This document shows positions 28,650-37,503 of a stretch of 41,274 nucleotides of DNA, piece by piece. The stretch comes from a bacterium (GTDB taxonomy: Bacteria > Patescibacteriota > Saccharimonadia > Saccharimonadales > JAUPVS01), in NCBI GenBank assembly GCA_029780855.1, contig JAKOXV010000024.1:1-41274 (forward strand). The letters run 5' to 3'. Numbering within the stretch: position 1 is the stretch's first letter; each line of letters starts with the position of its first letter. Both the position numbers and the translations under genes were made by a program. The notes below the pieces were generated by a model that saw nothing but the letters and a program-made list of their open reading frames with translations, was not told the DNA's origin and searched no databases.

Positions 28650-29447
28650 ATGAAGATTTATAGTTGGAATGTAAACGGCATACGTGCCGTAGTGCGCAAA
28701 GAAGCACTCGAACCGTTTATCAAGAAGCACCAGCCAGACATCCTATGTCTCCAAGAAACAAAGGCAGAGCAGGGTCAGGCGGTAATTGATCTGCCCGAGT
28801 ACGAGGAATACTGGAACTCATCTAAGACCAAGAAAGGTTACTCCGGAACGGCGATATTCACAAAAATCAAGCCGATTTCCGTCCACAACGATATTCCAGA
28901 AAAGTTTGTAAAGTCAGCCGGACTGCTTGCCGATAGTTATGGTCATAGCAATGACGAAGGACGGGTGATGACAGCAGAGTTTAAAGACTTTTTTCTCGTT
29001 ACTGCATATACACCAAATGCCAAGGATGACCTAACCCGCATCCCGTTACGAGAAAAATGGGATCAGGCGATGATAGCGTACTGTGCAGACCTGCAAAAAA
29101 AGAAACCTGTCGTGTACTGTGGAGATATGAATGTGGCGCATACGGAAGACGACCTAGCTAACCCAAAGCCAAATATTGGCAAAAAAGGGTTTACCGCAGA
29201 AGAACGTTCAGGTTTTGACGACTGGCTGGCAGCTGGGTTTGTTGACACGTTCCGTATGTTTAAACAAGGAAATGGCTACTACACCTGGTGGAGCCATTTT
29301 GCCAATGCTCGCGCTCGTAACGTTGGCTGGCGGATAGACTACTTCCTCGTTTCCGATGCGCTCAAAAGCAACGTAAAGACCGCTGATATTCACCCCGACA
29401 TTACCGGCTCGGACCACTGTCCGGTCAGTATAGAATTGGAGATATGA
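28650..29447 (+). CDS. xth: Exodeoxyribonuclease III / AP endonuclease
   Basis: SWNVNGIRA, LCLQETK, GYSGTA, GDMNVAH, GWRIDYF and GSDHCP. Confidence 0.95.
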   Translation: MKIYSWNVNGIRAVVRKEALEPFIKKHQPDILCLQETKAEQGQAVIDLPEYEEYWNSSKTKKGYSGTAIFTKIKPISVHNDIPEKFVKSAGLLADSYGHSNDEGRVMTAEFKDFFLVTAYTPNAKDDLTRIPLREKWDQAMIAYCADLQKKKPVVYCGDMNVAHTEDDLANPKPNIGKKGFTAEERSGFDDWLAAGFVDTFRMFKQGNGYYTWWSHFANARARNVGWRIDYFLVSDALKSNVKTADIHPDITGSDHCPVSIELEI

Positions 29448-29929
29448 TGGACACCAAGGAATGTTCGTTAGTATTCTTGCGTCGAGACGACGAAATACTC
29501 TTAGCCATGAAAAAACGTGGTTTTGGAGCAGGTCGCTACAACGGCGTTGGAGGCAAGCTTGACCCTGGCGAATCGGTTGAGCAGACCATGATCCGAGAAT
29601 GCGAGGAGGAAATCGTCGTAACACCTACCGAATACGAAAAGGTAGCCTATCATGATTTTGTCGGTGAAGATGAGGAGGGTAACAAATGGCGGATGTTAGT
29701 ACATGCTTTTGTCGCCACAGCCTGGCAAGGTGATCCTGTTGAAACAGAAGAAATGGCACCTGAATGGTTTAAGCTCAGCAATATACCATACGACAGTATG
29801 TGGTCAGATGATCGCTACTGGCTACCACAAGTTTTGGCGGGAAAATACGTAATGGGAAGATTCACGTTCAACAAAGACGATGAGATGCTCGATAAACAGG
29901 TGGAAGTAGTCGAACACTTAGAGAGCTAG
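29444..29929 (+). CDS. NUDIX hydrolase (8-oxo-dGTP diphosphatase, NUDT1/MutT-like)
   Basis: LLAMKKRGFGAG..NG.GGK...GE......IRECEEE Nudix box; EEMAPEWF and IPY..MW.DD.YW. Confidence 0.9.
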   Translation: MMDTKECSLVFLRRDDEILLAMKKRGFGAGRYNGVGGKLDPGESVEQTMIRECEEEIVVTPTEYEKVAYHDFVGEDEEGNKWRMLVHAFVATAWQGDPVETEEMAPEWFKLSNIPYDSMWSDDRYWLPQVLAGKYVMGRFTFNKDDEMLDKQVEVVEHLES

Positions 29930-29961
29930 CGCAATCCGCGGCGAGTGCTACACTGGTACGT

Positions 29962-30630
29962 ATGAGAGAAAATGTCGCCGCAGGACAATGGAATACGACC
30001 TGTGAAGAAGTAGAATCGGAGATTGCACCACCGGTTACCTTTGTGGAATCGATTCTTTTTCATCTTTCCAAACACGCCAATGCGCGAGGACTGCACATCG
30101 GGTGCGACGACGGTAGAAATTTCTTCCCACTGCTGGATGCGGGGATAGATATCTCAGGCGTTGACGTTTCAGATTCGGCCGTGCAGCAGTTGCGCCAAAG
30201 TCGTCCTGACCTTGCAGATAAAATCAGTTGTATCAATGTTCTCGAAATTAGCTCCGAACAATACGATTTTTTGGTCTCCATAGAGGCGTTCCAGCACGGC
30301 AGTTGGGAAGTCGTCGAACAGTATTTTGAAAAGTGCGACGAGCTGCTGAAGGCGGGAGGATTACTGTTCTTACGCGTTAACGCATGTAATACAGAATTGA
30401 ATCGTCAGCACACCGTTACGCAGATGAGCCCGAGCGGCAGCTTCACGGTACGTTGCTTAGAAGGCGAAGAATCGGGTCAAGAAATCCACTTTTTTTCCCA
30501 ACAAGAGCTGGGTTTTCTAGCCGAAGATTTTGGGTTTGATATTCTCTCGCCACCGCAGGAGATACAGAGCGTCAGAGGGGATGGAACGACTAGCAGTCAA
30601 TGGGAGACCGTATGGCAAAAGTGCATATGA
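29962..30630 (+). CDS. Class I SAM-dependent methyltransferase
   Basis: LHIGCDDGRN (motif I variant), GVDVS, YDFLVS and LKAGGLLF. Confidence 0.8.
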   Translation: MRENVAAGQWNTTCEEVESEIAPPVTFVESILFHLSKHANARGLHIGCDDGRNFFPLLDAGIDISGVDVSDSAVQQLRQSRPDLADKISCINVLEISSEQYDFLVSIEAFQHGSWEVVEQYFEKCDELLKAGGLLFLRVNACNTELNRQHTVTQMSPSGSFTVRCLEGEESGQEIHFFSQQELGFLAEDFGFDILSPPQEIQSVRGDGTTSSQWETVWQKCI

Positions 30631-31337
30631 AGAAATTCGCCGTATTTGATATCGATGGCACGCTTATCAGGTGGCAGCTGTACCATGCCGTAGTCGATCG
30701 ACTCGCAAAACGCGAATTGCTTGGTAGCGGCGCTAGTGAATCACTTCGTGAAGCTCGGATGAAATGGAAGCGCCGTGAGCATAGCGAAGCGTTTAAAGAG
30801 TACGAAAAGGCTCTGATAACTATCTATGAATCTGCGTTAAAGCAGCTACCAGTCTCTGAGTTTGACGAAGCGGTACACGACATCGCTAAGGAGTACAAAG
30901 AACAAACATACACCTATACTCGCGATCTTATTGCTGAGCTTAAATCAAAAGATTATTTTTTGCTGGCTATTTCCGGTTCTCAAACGGAAATCGTTGAGCA
31001 GATTGCCCAAATGTACGGATTTGATGATTTCGTCGGCACTATCTATGAAAGATCCAGCGGTGCATTCACCGGCAAGAGCTTTATTGCGAGCCTGAACAAA
31101 CGGCAGGTTCTAGAAGCGCTTATAAAAAAACATGGCTTACGCACAGAAGGCAGTATTGCGGTAGGCGATAGCTTAAGCGACGTAGCAATGCTCGAAATGG
31201 TGGAGCGCCCAATTGCCTTTAATCCAGATACGCAGCTGTTCAGTGAGGCAAAAGTGCGACACTGGCCAATCATCATTGAGCGAAAAAATGTAATCTACCA
31301 TTTGGAGTACCGAAATGGAAGCTACGTATTGGCATAG
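30627..31337 (+). CDS. HAD-IB family hydrolase (SerB-like)
   Basis: FDIDGTL, ISGS, K and GDSLSD..ML motifs. ATGA overlap with the upstream gene supports the 30627 start. Confidence 0.88.
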   Translation: MKKFAVFDIDGTLIRWQLYHAVVDRLAKRELLGSGASESLREARMKWKRREHSEAFKEYEKALITIYESALKQLPVSEFDEAVHDIAKEYKEQTYTYTRDLIAELKSKDYFLLAISGSQTEIVEQIAQMYGFDDFVGTIYERSSGAFTGKSFIASLNKRQVLEALIKKHGLRTEGSIAVGDSLSDVAMLEMVERPIAFNPDTQLFSEAKVRHWPIIIERKNVIYHLEYRNGSYVLA

Positions 31338-32112
31338 ACAAACACTGGAAACACCGCTATTTGACGACATGCTCTGGAGCCGTCCTGAAAACAAACGGCA
31401 TGCTGGTAAATTACTGATTATCGGCGGTAACTTGCACGGTTTTTCCGCTCCGGCACAGGCATACTCGGATTGCGTAAAAGCCGGTGCCGGTACGGCAAAA
31501 GTTCTACTTCCCAACGCTCTCCAAAAAACGGTTAGTTCTATCCTAGAAAACGGCGACTACGCACCGAGTACTCCGAGCGGCAGCTTTTCTCGTCAAGCTA
31601 TGGCCACATGGATCGATGCTGCAGCTTGGGCCGATGGTACATTACTCGCAGGGGATCTTGGAAGAAACAGTGAAACTGCCATAACGATCGAGCAATTCTG
31701 CACAAAATATACGGGACCACTGACTATAACCAAGGATGCCATAGACTACTTTTATACGAACCCCTCCGTAATACTAGACCGCCCAAATACGGCTCTGGTA
31801 CTTTCACTGGCGCAACTGCAGAAGCTCTGTCAGACGGCTAAGTGGCCGGATCCGGTTACCTTTGGCATGGATCTGCTGCAACTAGTCGATCTACTGCATG
31901 CCCTCACCAGCCAGAAATCACTGACTATAGTTGTATATCATCTGGAATCAATACTGGTTGCCAGCAGGGGAATGGTAAGTTCTACCCGGGTAGGTAGCCG
32001 TGATAGCTGGCGGAGTATTACCGCCTCTTATGCAACAGTATGGTGGATCCAAAACCAGCAAAAACCGTTTGAGGCCATAACTACAAGCATTTTTGACGCG
32101 TTTGGTCCATAA
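31315..32112 (+). CDS. YjeF C-terminal / NnrD-like (ribokinase-fold) protein, divergent
   Basis: RPENK...GKLLIIGG....F.AP......AGAG matches the NnrD N-terminus; the C-terminal nucleotide-binding motif is not recognisable. Confidence 0.65.
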   Translation: MEATYWHRQTLETPLFDDMLWSRPENKRHAGKLLIIGGNLHGFSAPAQAYSDCVKAGAGTAKVLLPNALQKTVSSILENGDYAPSTPSGSFSRQAMATWIDAAAWADGTLLAGDLGRNSETAITIEQFCTKYTGPLTITKDAIDYFYTNPSVILDRPNTALVLSLAQLQKLCQTAKWPDPVTFGMDLLQLVDLLHALTSQKSLTIVVYHLESILVASRGMVSSTRVGSRDSWRSITASYATVWWIQNQQKPFEAITTSIFDAFGP

Positions 32113-32154
32113 TGAATGCTGGTAATTTTTATAAAAATATTGTATAAATAAGGT

Positions 32155-33171
32155 ATGTCTTCGCAAGAATACAGTCCGTCATTTTTTGGCGCAGACCGCA
32201 ACCGGGAAGATCTATCTCCTGAGCAACAGTTCGCACACTACTATCTCCAATGTGGAGATCTTAGTTTACGGGCTGATTTGTTGCGCCATGTTGGTGATGT
32301 GCTCGTTAACTCAAAAGACCATGACCTACGCTATTTAGGTGCTTGGGCGTACTTGGAGGCTGCCCAGCCTGGTCTGTTTAGTATGGAAGAACCTGCCCAG
32401 ACTAACCAATCAGATACCAGTACCGCAGAACTAAATACCCGAGCATTTGACGTATTTTCTGCACTGCAACGCCGAACTCCTTACGTTGTAGAACCAGAGG
32501 ATATGGCACGGAGAAGTATTAATAACTATTTTTTCGGCATTAGAGCACAGCTTACAGGAAACCTAAAGCCTAGCTTTAGCACACCAGACAGGTACCGAAA
32601 CGGTCAAATAACCCAAAAAGTGGCTGAAAACTATGCCCAAACGGCCGTAGAACTGCGCCGCCAGGATGAGCGCTTGACAGCTATCCGAAGAAATTTATCG
32701 GCAAATGATGGTGAAATATTCGAAAAAACTGCTGAATTACAGGGAAGAACCCGCGGTCTGGAAGTCGAAAACATGCTGCTTGGGCTCAGTTGGACGGATC
32801 TTTCTAACGGCGGCGATTTATTGCTTTTGCCAGCATCACCTCGCCTAGATTTTGCGTTCAAAGAGGGGAGTGAACCGGTCGACATCATAGCGATCGATCG
32901 CCAGACAGAAGAACACCTTGGAATATCCACCAAACGAGATGCCTACTATTCACGCAAAAATGGCTATCAGGCCCCCGAAGATCGGAGAATTTTGGAACTC
33001 TACGGAGATAGGGACTTAGGTTTAGAGCCAATGATTAGCCGATTCCTCTATGAACCGGGTGAATTTACCGGTTTTGACCCTAGACTCGCCCGAAGGGTTA
33101 TGACGATCTTAGAACGCCGGTTTGAAGAAATCAGAGCCGAAACACCAGCTACCACAGCTTCTACCACGTAA
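32155..33171 (+). CDS. Hypothetical protein, possible C-terminal PD-(D/E)xK-like fold
   Basis: 338-aa ORF with E...D...PVDII...LGISTK pattern. Confidence 0.55.
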   Translation: MSSQEYSPSFFGADRNREDLSPEQQFAHYYLQCGDLSLRADLLRHVGDVLVNSKDHDLRYLGAWAYLEAAQPGLFSMEEPAQTNQSDTSTAELNTRAFDVFSALQRRTPYVVEPEDMARRSINNYFFGIRAQLTGNLKPSFSTPDRYRNGQITQKVAENYAQTAVELRRQDERLTAIRRNLSANDGEIFEKTAELQGRTRGLEVENMLLGLSWTDLSNGGDLLLLPASPRLDFAFKEGSEPVDIIAIDRQTEEHLGISTKRDAYYSRKNGYQAPEDRRILELYGDRDLGLEPMISRFLYEPGEFTGFDPRLARRVMTILERRFEEIRAETPATTASTT

Positions 33172-33200
33172 AACACCCCAGCGATGCTAGGGTGTTTTAC
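33168..33200. terminator. Bidirectional intrinsic terminator between the 338-aa ORF and tRNA-Leu
   Basis: GTAAAACACCC...GGGTGTTTTAC 11-bp inverted repeat with A and T tracts at both ends. Confidence 0.8.
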
Positions 33201-33202
33201 TT

Positions 33203-33287
33203 TGGTGGGCAAGGAGGGAATCGAACCCTCACTCCTTGCGGAACACGATTTTGAGTCGTGCGCGTATACCAGTTCCGCCACTTGCCC
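33203..33287 (-). tRNA. tRNA-Leu(CAA)
   Basis: Reverse complement GGGCAAGTGGCGGAACTGGTATACGCG-CACGA-CTCAAAA-TCGTG-...-GGTTCGATTCC-...-CTTGCCCACCA. Confidence 0.97.
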
Positions 33288-33362
33288 AGGGTAGATACGG
33301 GTGGGATATCGGGGAGTATTGTACTATACTTTAATCTGTTAAGGCTAGTATAAGCACTATCA

Positions 33363-34553
33363 ATGGATCCTAGAGATAACCCAATAACCAGCGACAATCA
33401 AACTGAACCACAATCATCTGATGGTCAGTTAGCTGCTGATGTAATACGGCACAAGATTGATTCACTGTATGATTCTGAACCGAATGCTGCAGAAGAACAG
33501 CAGGAGGTCAAACTAGTTACCCCACGCTCCAAGCATCAACAGTTCATGTACGAGCTCACCAACTCTGGTAAATCTCTTGCAGAAATCCAAACCGACTGGC
33601 ATAACTACTATGAAAACCTACCGGATAACGAAAAGCATGAGGTCTGGCAGGAGTTCTACGCAAATCACGCCAAAGCGAAGGAAGCTGTCAAAACCGCTTC
33701 TTTAAAACAAACAGCCGAACCCGTTTCAGTTCTTGAACAACCTCCCTCTACTCCAGACACGCGGAGAACCGACAAACGGAGCGTAGAATCCATAAAGGAG
33801 CAGATTCTTGGAACCGTCAATGCCCGCGGTAAATTGAGCGCCAAACACCACCTACAGTCGCTGCTTTTCGGCCTGGGAGTAGGCACAATCGTGGTTCTTA
33901 TATTTCTGTTTGGATTTTTCAACGAACGGTTTATCGCGCCATTCATCACCCCAAGCCGTACGGTAAGCAATACGCCGATTATTATTGATCCTAACAATAC
34001 TGCTGTCAGTAATAAGCCAGAAGTTATCATTCCAAAAATTAACGTTGAGATTCCGGTGATCTATGAACAAAAGAGCGTCGATGAAGAGTCAATCCAAAAA
34101 GCTCTCGAAGACGGCGTGGTCCACTATTCCACAACCTCAAGTCCCGGTGAAGTAGGAAATACAGTAATTTTTGGCCACTCTAGCAACAATATACTAAACA
34201 AGGGCAAGTATAAGTTTGCATTTGTGCTACTGCATAAACTCGAAATAGGCGATACGTTCATGCTTACCAAAGACGGAAAGCGGTATGTGTATAAGGTATA
34301 CGAGAAAAAGGTAATCCCCCCAACCGACGTATCGGTACTGGGGCCAACCGATAAAACTGCCACCGCAACCCTCATCACCTGTGATCCACCCGGCACGTCA
34401 ATAAACCGATTGGTGGTAATCGGCGAACAAATCACTCCTGATCCGAGCACCAACACGGCGAGCACCGCCATACACTCCAACAAAACACCGACAATCGTCC
34501 CAAGTAACGCACCAAGCTTATGGCAGCGGATACTTGACTGGTTCCGTCGGTAG
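33363..34553 (+). CDS. Sortase with long N-terminal cytoplasmic extension
   Basis: TM helix near aa 165-185, then IPKINV..PV, GNTVIFGHSS (His), TLITC (Cys) and RLVV (Arg). Confidence 0.9.
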   Translation: MDPRDNPITSDNQTEPQSSDGQLAADVIRHKIDSLYDSEPNAAEEQQEVKLVTPRSKHQQFMYELTNSGKSLAEIQTDWHNYYENLPDNEKHEVWQEFYANHAKAKEAVKTASLKQTAEPVSVLEQPPSTPDTRRTDKRSVESIKEQILGTVNARGKLSAKHHLQSLLFGLGVGTIVVLIFLFGFFNERFIAPFITPSRTVSNTPIIIDPNNTAVSNKPEVIIPKINVEIPVIYEQKSVDEESIQKALEDGVVHYSTTSSPGEVGNTVIFGHSSNNILNKGKYKFAFVLLHKLEIGDTFMLTKDGKRYVYKVYEKKVIPPTDVSVLGPTDKTATATLITCDPPGTSINRLVVIGEQITPDPSTNTASTAIHSNKTPTIVPSNAPSLWQRILDWFRR

Positions 34554-34556
34554 CAG

Positions 34557-36035
34557 CTACTTAACCAGAGACAAATCTAGATCGGTTTTTGTAAGCGCAA
34601 ACTGCCCCGGAGTGCTCACCGAAGGACTCACGGTATACAACCTACGGTAATCACGATCAAAGAAGACCTTAAAGCCTGGATTGTTGGCGGTTAGGGTCTG
34701 GACATTTATTCCATCGTAATCAAACACTACGAGCTTACCTCCGCTCGTAATATACATACGGTGACCATCCATCCAATAGGCATGCATTCCGCCATCTAGG
34801 GGCAGGGCAAGTTCATAGCGGAAGTTTCGCTTACTTTCAGCATCATACACTGCAAACTTGCTTCCGCCCTCCGCCACCATAAACCGAGCGTTCTCCGAAA
34901 ACGCGGCATATGTCGGTTGTTCAGCCCTCAACACTGCCACAATCCGGAGCGGATTTGAAGTCTGGTGCTTAAGGGCGTCCCAGGCATTGAGATAGACATA
35001 CACCTTATTTTCGGCTTTGGAACCGGCCATCATATACCAGTCACCATCAAACTTAGCTACATCCAGAAGGTACACGTCGCTTGCTGCTACCTCTCTAAGT
35101 AAATAGTTACCGCTACCATCTTTTACCATTACGCGCGTCATACCCGGAGCAGCTTTTTGGGTAGTGGCGAACAGCAGCACATCATTACCATATGATTTGA
35201 AATCTAAAACGCTTTCAACTATCGGCGTTACCAGCTTGTCCTTCAGTTCGGCAGTCGAAAGTTTTTGCGTGGTAGCATCGTAGAAATAGTAGCGGTCATA
35301 ACTTTTATCCCGGAGCGATACTTTGGTTGGATTCACCAAAAAAGTCTTGTTTATGTTGAATGAATTCGCCGGTGTATCACGATCAATTAGCAGAAATTCA
35401 GAACCACCGCTAAAATCATGTCGCAAAAGGACGTGTTTGTTATCGGTAGACCATTCGACCGCCGTAAGGCTGCCCGTAGACGGAGCAGTTTCGATATCTG
35501 CTGGGATAGTAATGGCAGTCGGTGCCTTTTTTGGATCGTTGGCATCATAGACATCAAATATCGTGGTTTGCCCCGGCTTTTGGACGAGAATCCAGTGCCG
35601 GTCTGGGCTTTGGGTAGCCAACTGCGGAGTCGTGGGATATACCTGTTCGTCCGCAGTATTTAGGTTAACCGGGAACAAGAACGGGTACACAAACCGTTCA
35701 ATTGTTCCGCCAACCAAACTGAACGTTCGTTGCCACGGGCGGTAGCCGTCCCTTTTTAGTTCTAGTTTATAAATATCAGACGGCAGGACCAGACGTGCTC
35801 CAGAATTTGTTTTATAAAGCTTGTTGTTCAGGTAAATACTAGCTTGCTGTGGTTGTGCAGAAACAAACACTAACCCGTTCTGAATGATATCGCCAGTTTT
35901 TCGGTTGAGGTCATAGCCACGCGATTGAAAAATCAGAATAAGACTGCCTAAACCGATCATTACGGCTATCAGGAAATAACCGACGAATAATCGTATCTTA
36001 TGAGCTCGTTTTTTGGCGGGGTCTAAAAAATCCAT
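34557..36035 (-). CDS. PEGA-domain membrane-anchored protein with probable beta-propeller
   Basis: N-terminal TM, GLVFVSAQPQQASIYLN...YKLELKRDGYRPW (PEGA-like), then SPD/WS/FS turn repeats. Start probably MDFL at 36035. Confidence 0.75.
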   Translation of the reverse strand: MDFLDPAKKRAHKIRLFVGYFLIAVMIGLGSLILIFQSRGYDLNRKTGDIIQNGLVFVSAQPQQASIYLNNKLYKTNSGARLVLPSDIYKLELKRDGYRPWQRTFSLVGGTIERFVYPFLFPVNLNTADEQVYPTTPQLATQSPDRHWILVQKPGQTTIFDVYDANDPKKAPTAITIPADIETAPSTGSLTAVEWSTDNKHVLLRHDFSGGSEFLLIDRDTPANSFNINKTFLVNPTKVSLRDKSYDRYYFYDATTQKLSTAELKDKLVTPIVESVLDFKSYGNDVLLFATTQKAAPGMTRVMVKDGSGNYLLREVAASDVYLLDVAKFDGDWYMMAGSKAENKVYVYLNAWDALKHQTSNPLRIVAVLRAEQPTYAAFSENARFMVAEGGSKFAVYDAESKRNFRYELALPLDGGMHAYWMDGHRMYITSGGKLVVFDYDGINVQTLTANNPGFKVFFDRDYRRLYTVSPSVSTPGQFALTKTDLDLSLVK

Positions 36036-36206
36036 ATATATTTTTGATGTAGCACTTCCAGTTATACCACGGATACGCCACACCGTCACGTAAGTATACG
36101 CTTTTTAGCTGAGAAATATCCCTTGCAATAACAGGGGAGTTAGGGGTACTATTAAACAAGTAGGTACCATAAGCGATATTCGGTACAACATGTAAGAGGG
36201 TAGAAC

Positions 36207-37280
36207 GTGCGAAAAACCAACACAATCATTGAGCTTAACGGCAAGCATTACGATGCACATACCGGCCGGCTGCTCCATAGCAAAGACTCTGGTGAAACAA
36301 AGCCAGCGGCATCGCACACTCCCAAAAAAGGCACGAATATGGATGGCTTCGTACGCGCCAAGCCACGAACCAGCTCAACCGCGCGGCGGCAGCCCACTGT
36401 CGCTCAGCGCAAAAGAGAGCACTCAAAAACACTAATGCGCCATGTTGTCCAAAAACCAAAAGCCGCACAAAAAACCCCAACCGCCGCACATTCCGCCACA
36501 AAAACCACCGCTCTACCCGCTATAACAACCCCGGCGGACCTGTTTGCGCTCCGTGATAAACGAGCATTTAGTATCAAAAAAAGCCCACTCATCAGCCGTT
36601 TTGGCGAACCGGCGCATGCTGCACCAGTTAATAAAAAATACGCTCCGCTTGCCGTCACACCAGCACCAGAACACAAAAAAGTTGCAACACACAAGCACCC
36701 GGCACGAACCCACACTTCTCATTCAGACCACATTGCGAAGGCGTTAACCAACGCTTCTAGCCACAAAGCCAACAAAATCCGGAAAAAGCGGATTCATCAT
36801 CGCGTCGCTAAAAAGCTAGGAATCAGCGCCACGGCAGTTAGTGTTTCAGCCGCCGCTTTGGCATTTGTCATGCTTGGTGGGTTTTATGCCTACCAAAATG
36901 TCCCGAACATAGCCATGCGCGTAGCCGCTAGTAAGGCGGGCTTTAACGCTTCAATGCCGGGGTACGTTCCATCTGGTTTTGCAATGAACGGTAAGATCCA
37001 AGCAGCTTCTGGGCGCATTACGGTTAGTTTCTCGTCGCGTACTGATAACCGAAACTTTCAGCTGATCCAAGAGCCATCAGACTGGAACAGTAAATCACTA
37101 CTTGATAACTACGTGGCCAGTGCGAGCAAAAACTATCAGTCCGTAGAATCAAAAGGGAATACCATCTACATTTACGATGGATCAAATGCCACCTGGGTAA
37201 ATCAGGGCATATGGTATCAAATACACGGCAGCTCCGATCTCAATAGCCAGCAGCTACTCAATATCGCTTCAAGCATGTAG
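36207..37280 (+). CDS. Membrane protein with basic disordered N-terminus and DUF4367-like extracellular domain
   Basis: K/H/A/P-rich ~200 aa, one TM, then P.YVPSGF...ATWVNQGIWYQI.G..L....LL.IA.SM. Confidence 0.7.
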   Translation: MRKTNTIIELNGKHYDAHTGRLLHSKDSGETKPAASHTPKKGTNMDGFVRAKPRTSSTARRQPTVAQRKREHSKTLMRHVVQKPKAAQKTPTAAHSATKTTALPAITTPADLFALRDKRAFSIKKSPLISRFGEPAHAAPVNKKYAPLAVTPAPEHKKVATHKHPARTHTSHSDHIAKALTNASSHKANKIRKKRIHHRVAKKLGISATAVSVSAAALAFVMLGGFYAYQNVPNIAMRVAASKAGFNASMPGYVPSGFAMNGKIQAASGRITVSFSSRTDNRNFQLIQEPSDWNSKSLLDNYVASASKNYQSVESKGNTIYIYDGSNATWVNQGIWYQIHGSSDLNSQQLLNIASSM

Positions 37281-37312
37281 ATATTTGTGCGATTTTATGA
37301 TTTAATATATCT

Positions 37313-37483
37313 ATGAGCTTTTTTGAAGAAAGCAATGCTCTAACCAACGAACTGATAGTCGCCACCGAACAAATGGGTGTATTCCTGGGAGCCGTAGCGC
37401 TCGCCGGGTACGGTGCATATAAAGCGATAAAAGCGGTACACGACTCCGCTCAAACACCACCGGATAATTACCCCGAAAATTAA
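37313..37483 (+). CDS. Small single-pass membrane protein (56 aa), below ORF-track cutoff
   Basis: MSFFEESNALTNELIVATEQMGVFLGAVALAGYGAYKAIKAVHDSAQTPPDNYPEN fills the intergenic gap; an AT-rich -10-like element lies just upstream. Confidence 0.55.
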   Translation: MSFFEESNALTNELIVATEQMGVFLGAVALAGYGAYKAIKAVHDSAQTPPDNYPEN

Positions 37484-37503
37484 ATATCAGATACAATACA
37501 GCT

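Noticed and set aside
28506-28730. N-terminal extension of the 306-aa ORF call
   Set aside because: It runs through the promoter and overlaps xth. The GC shift and SD-like site place the start at 28505.
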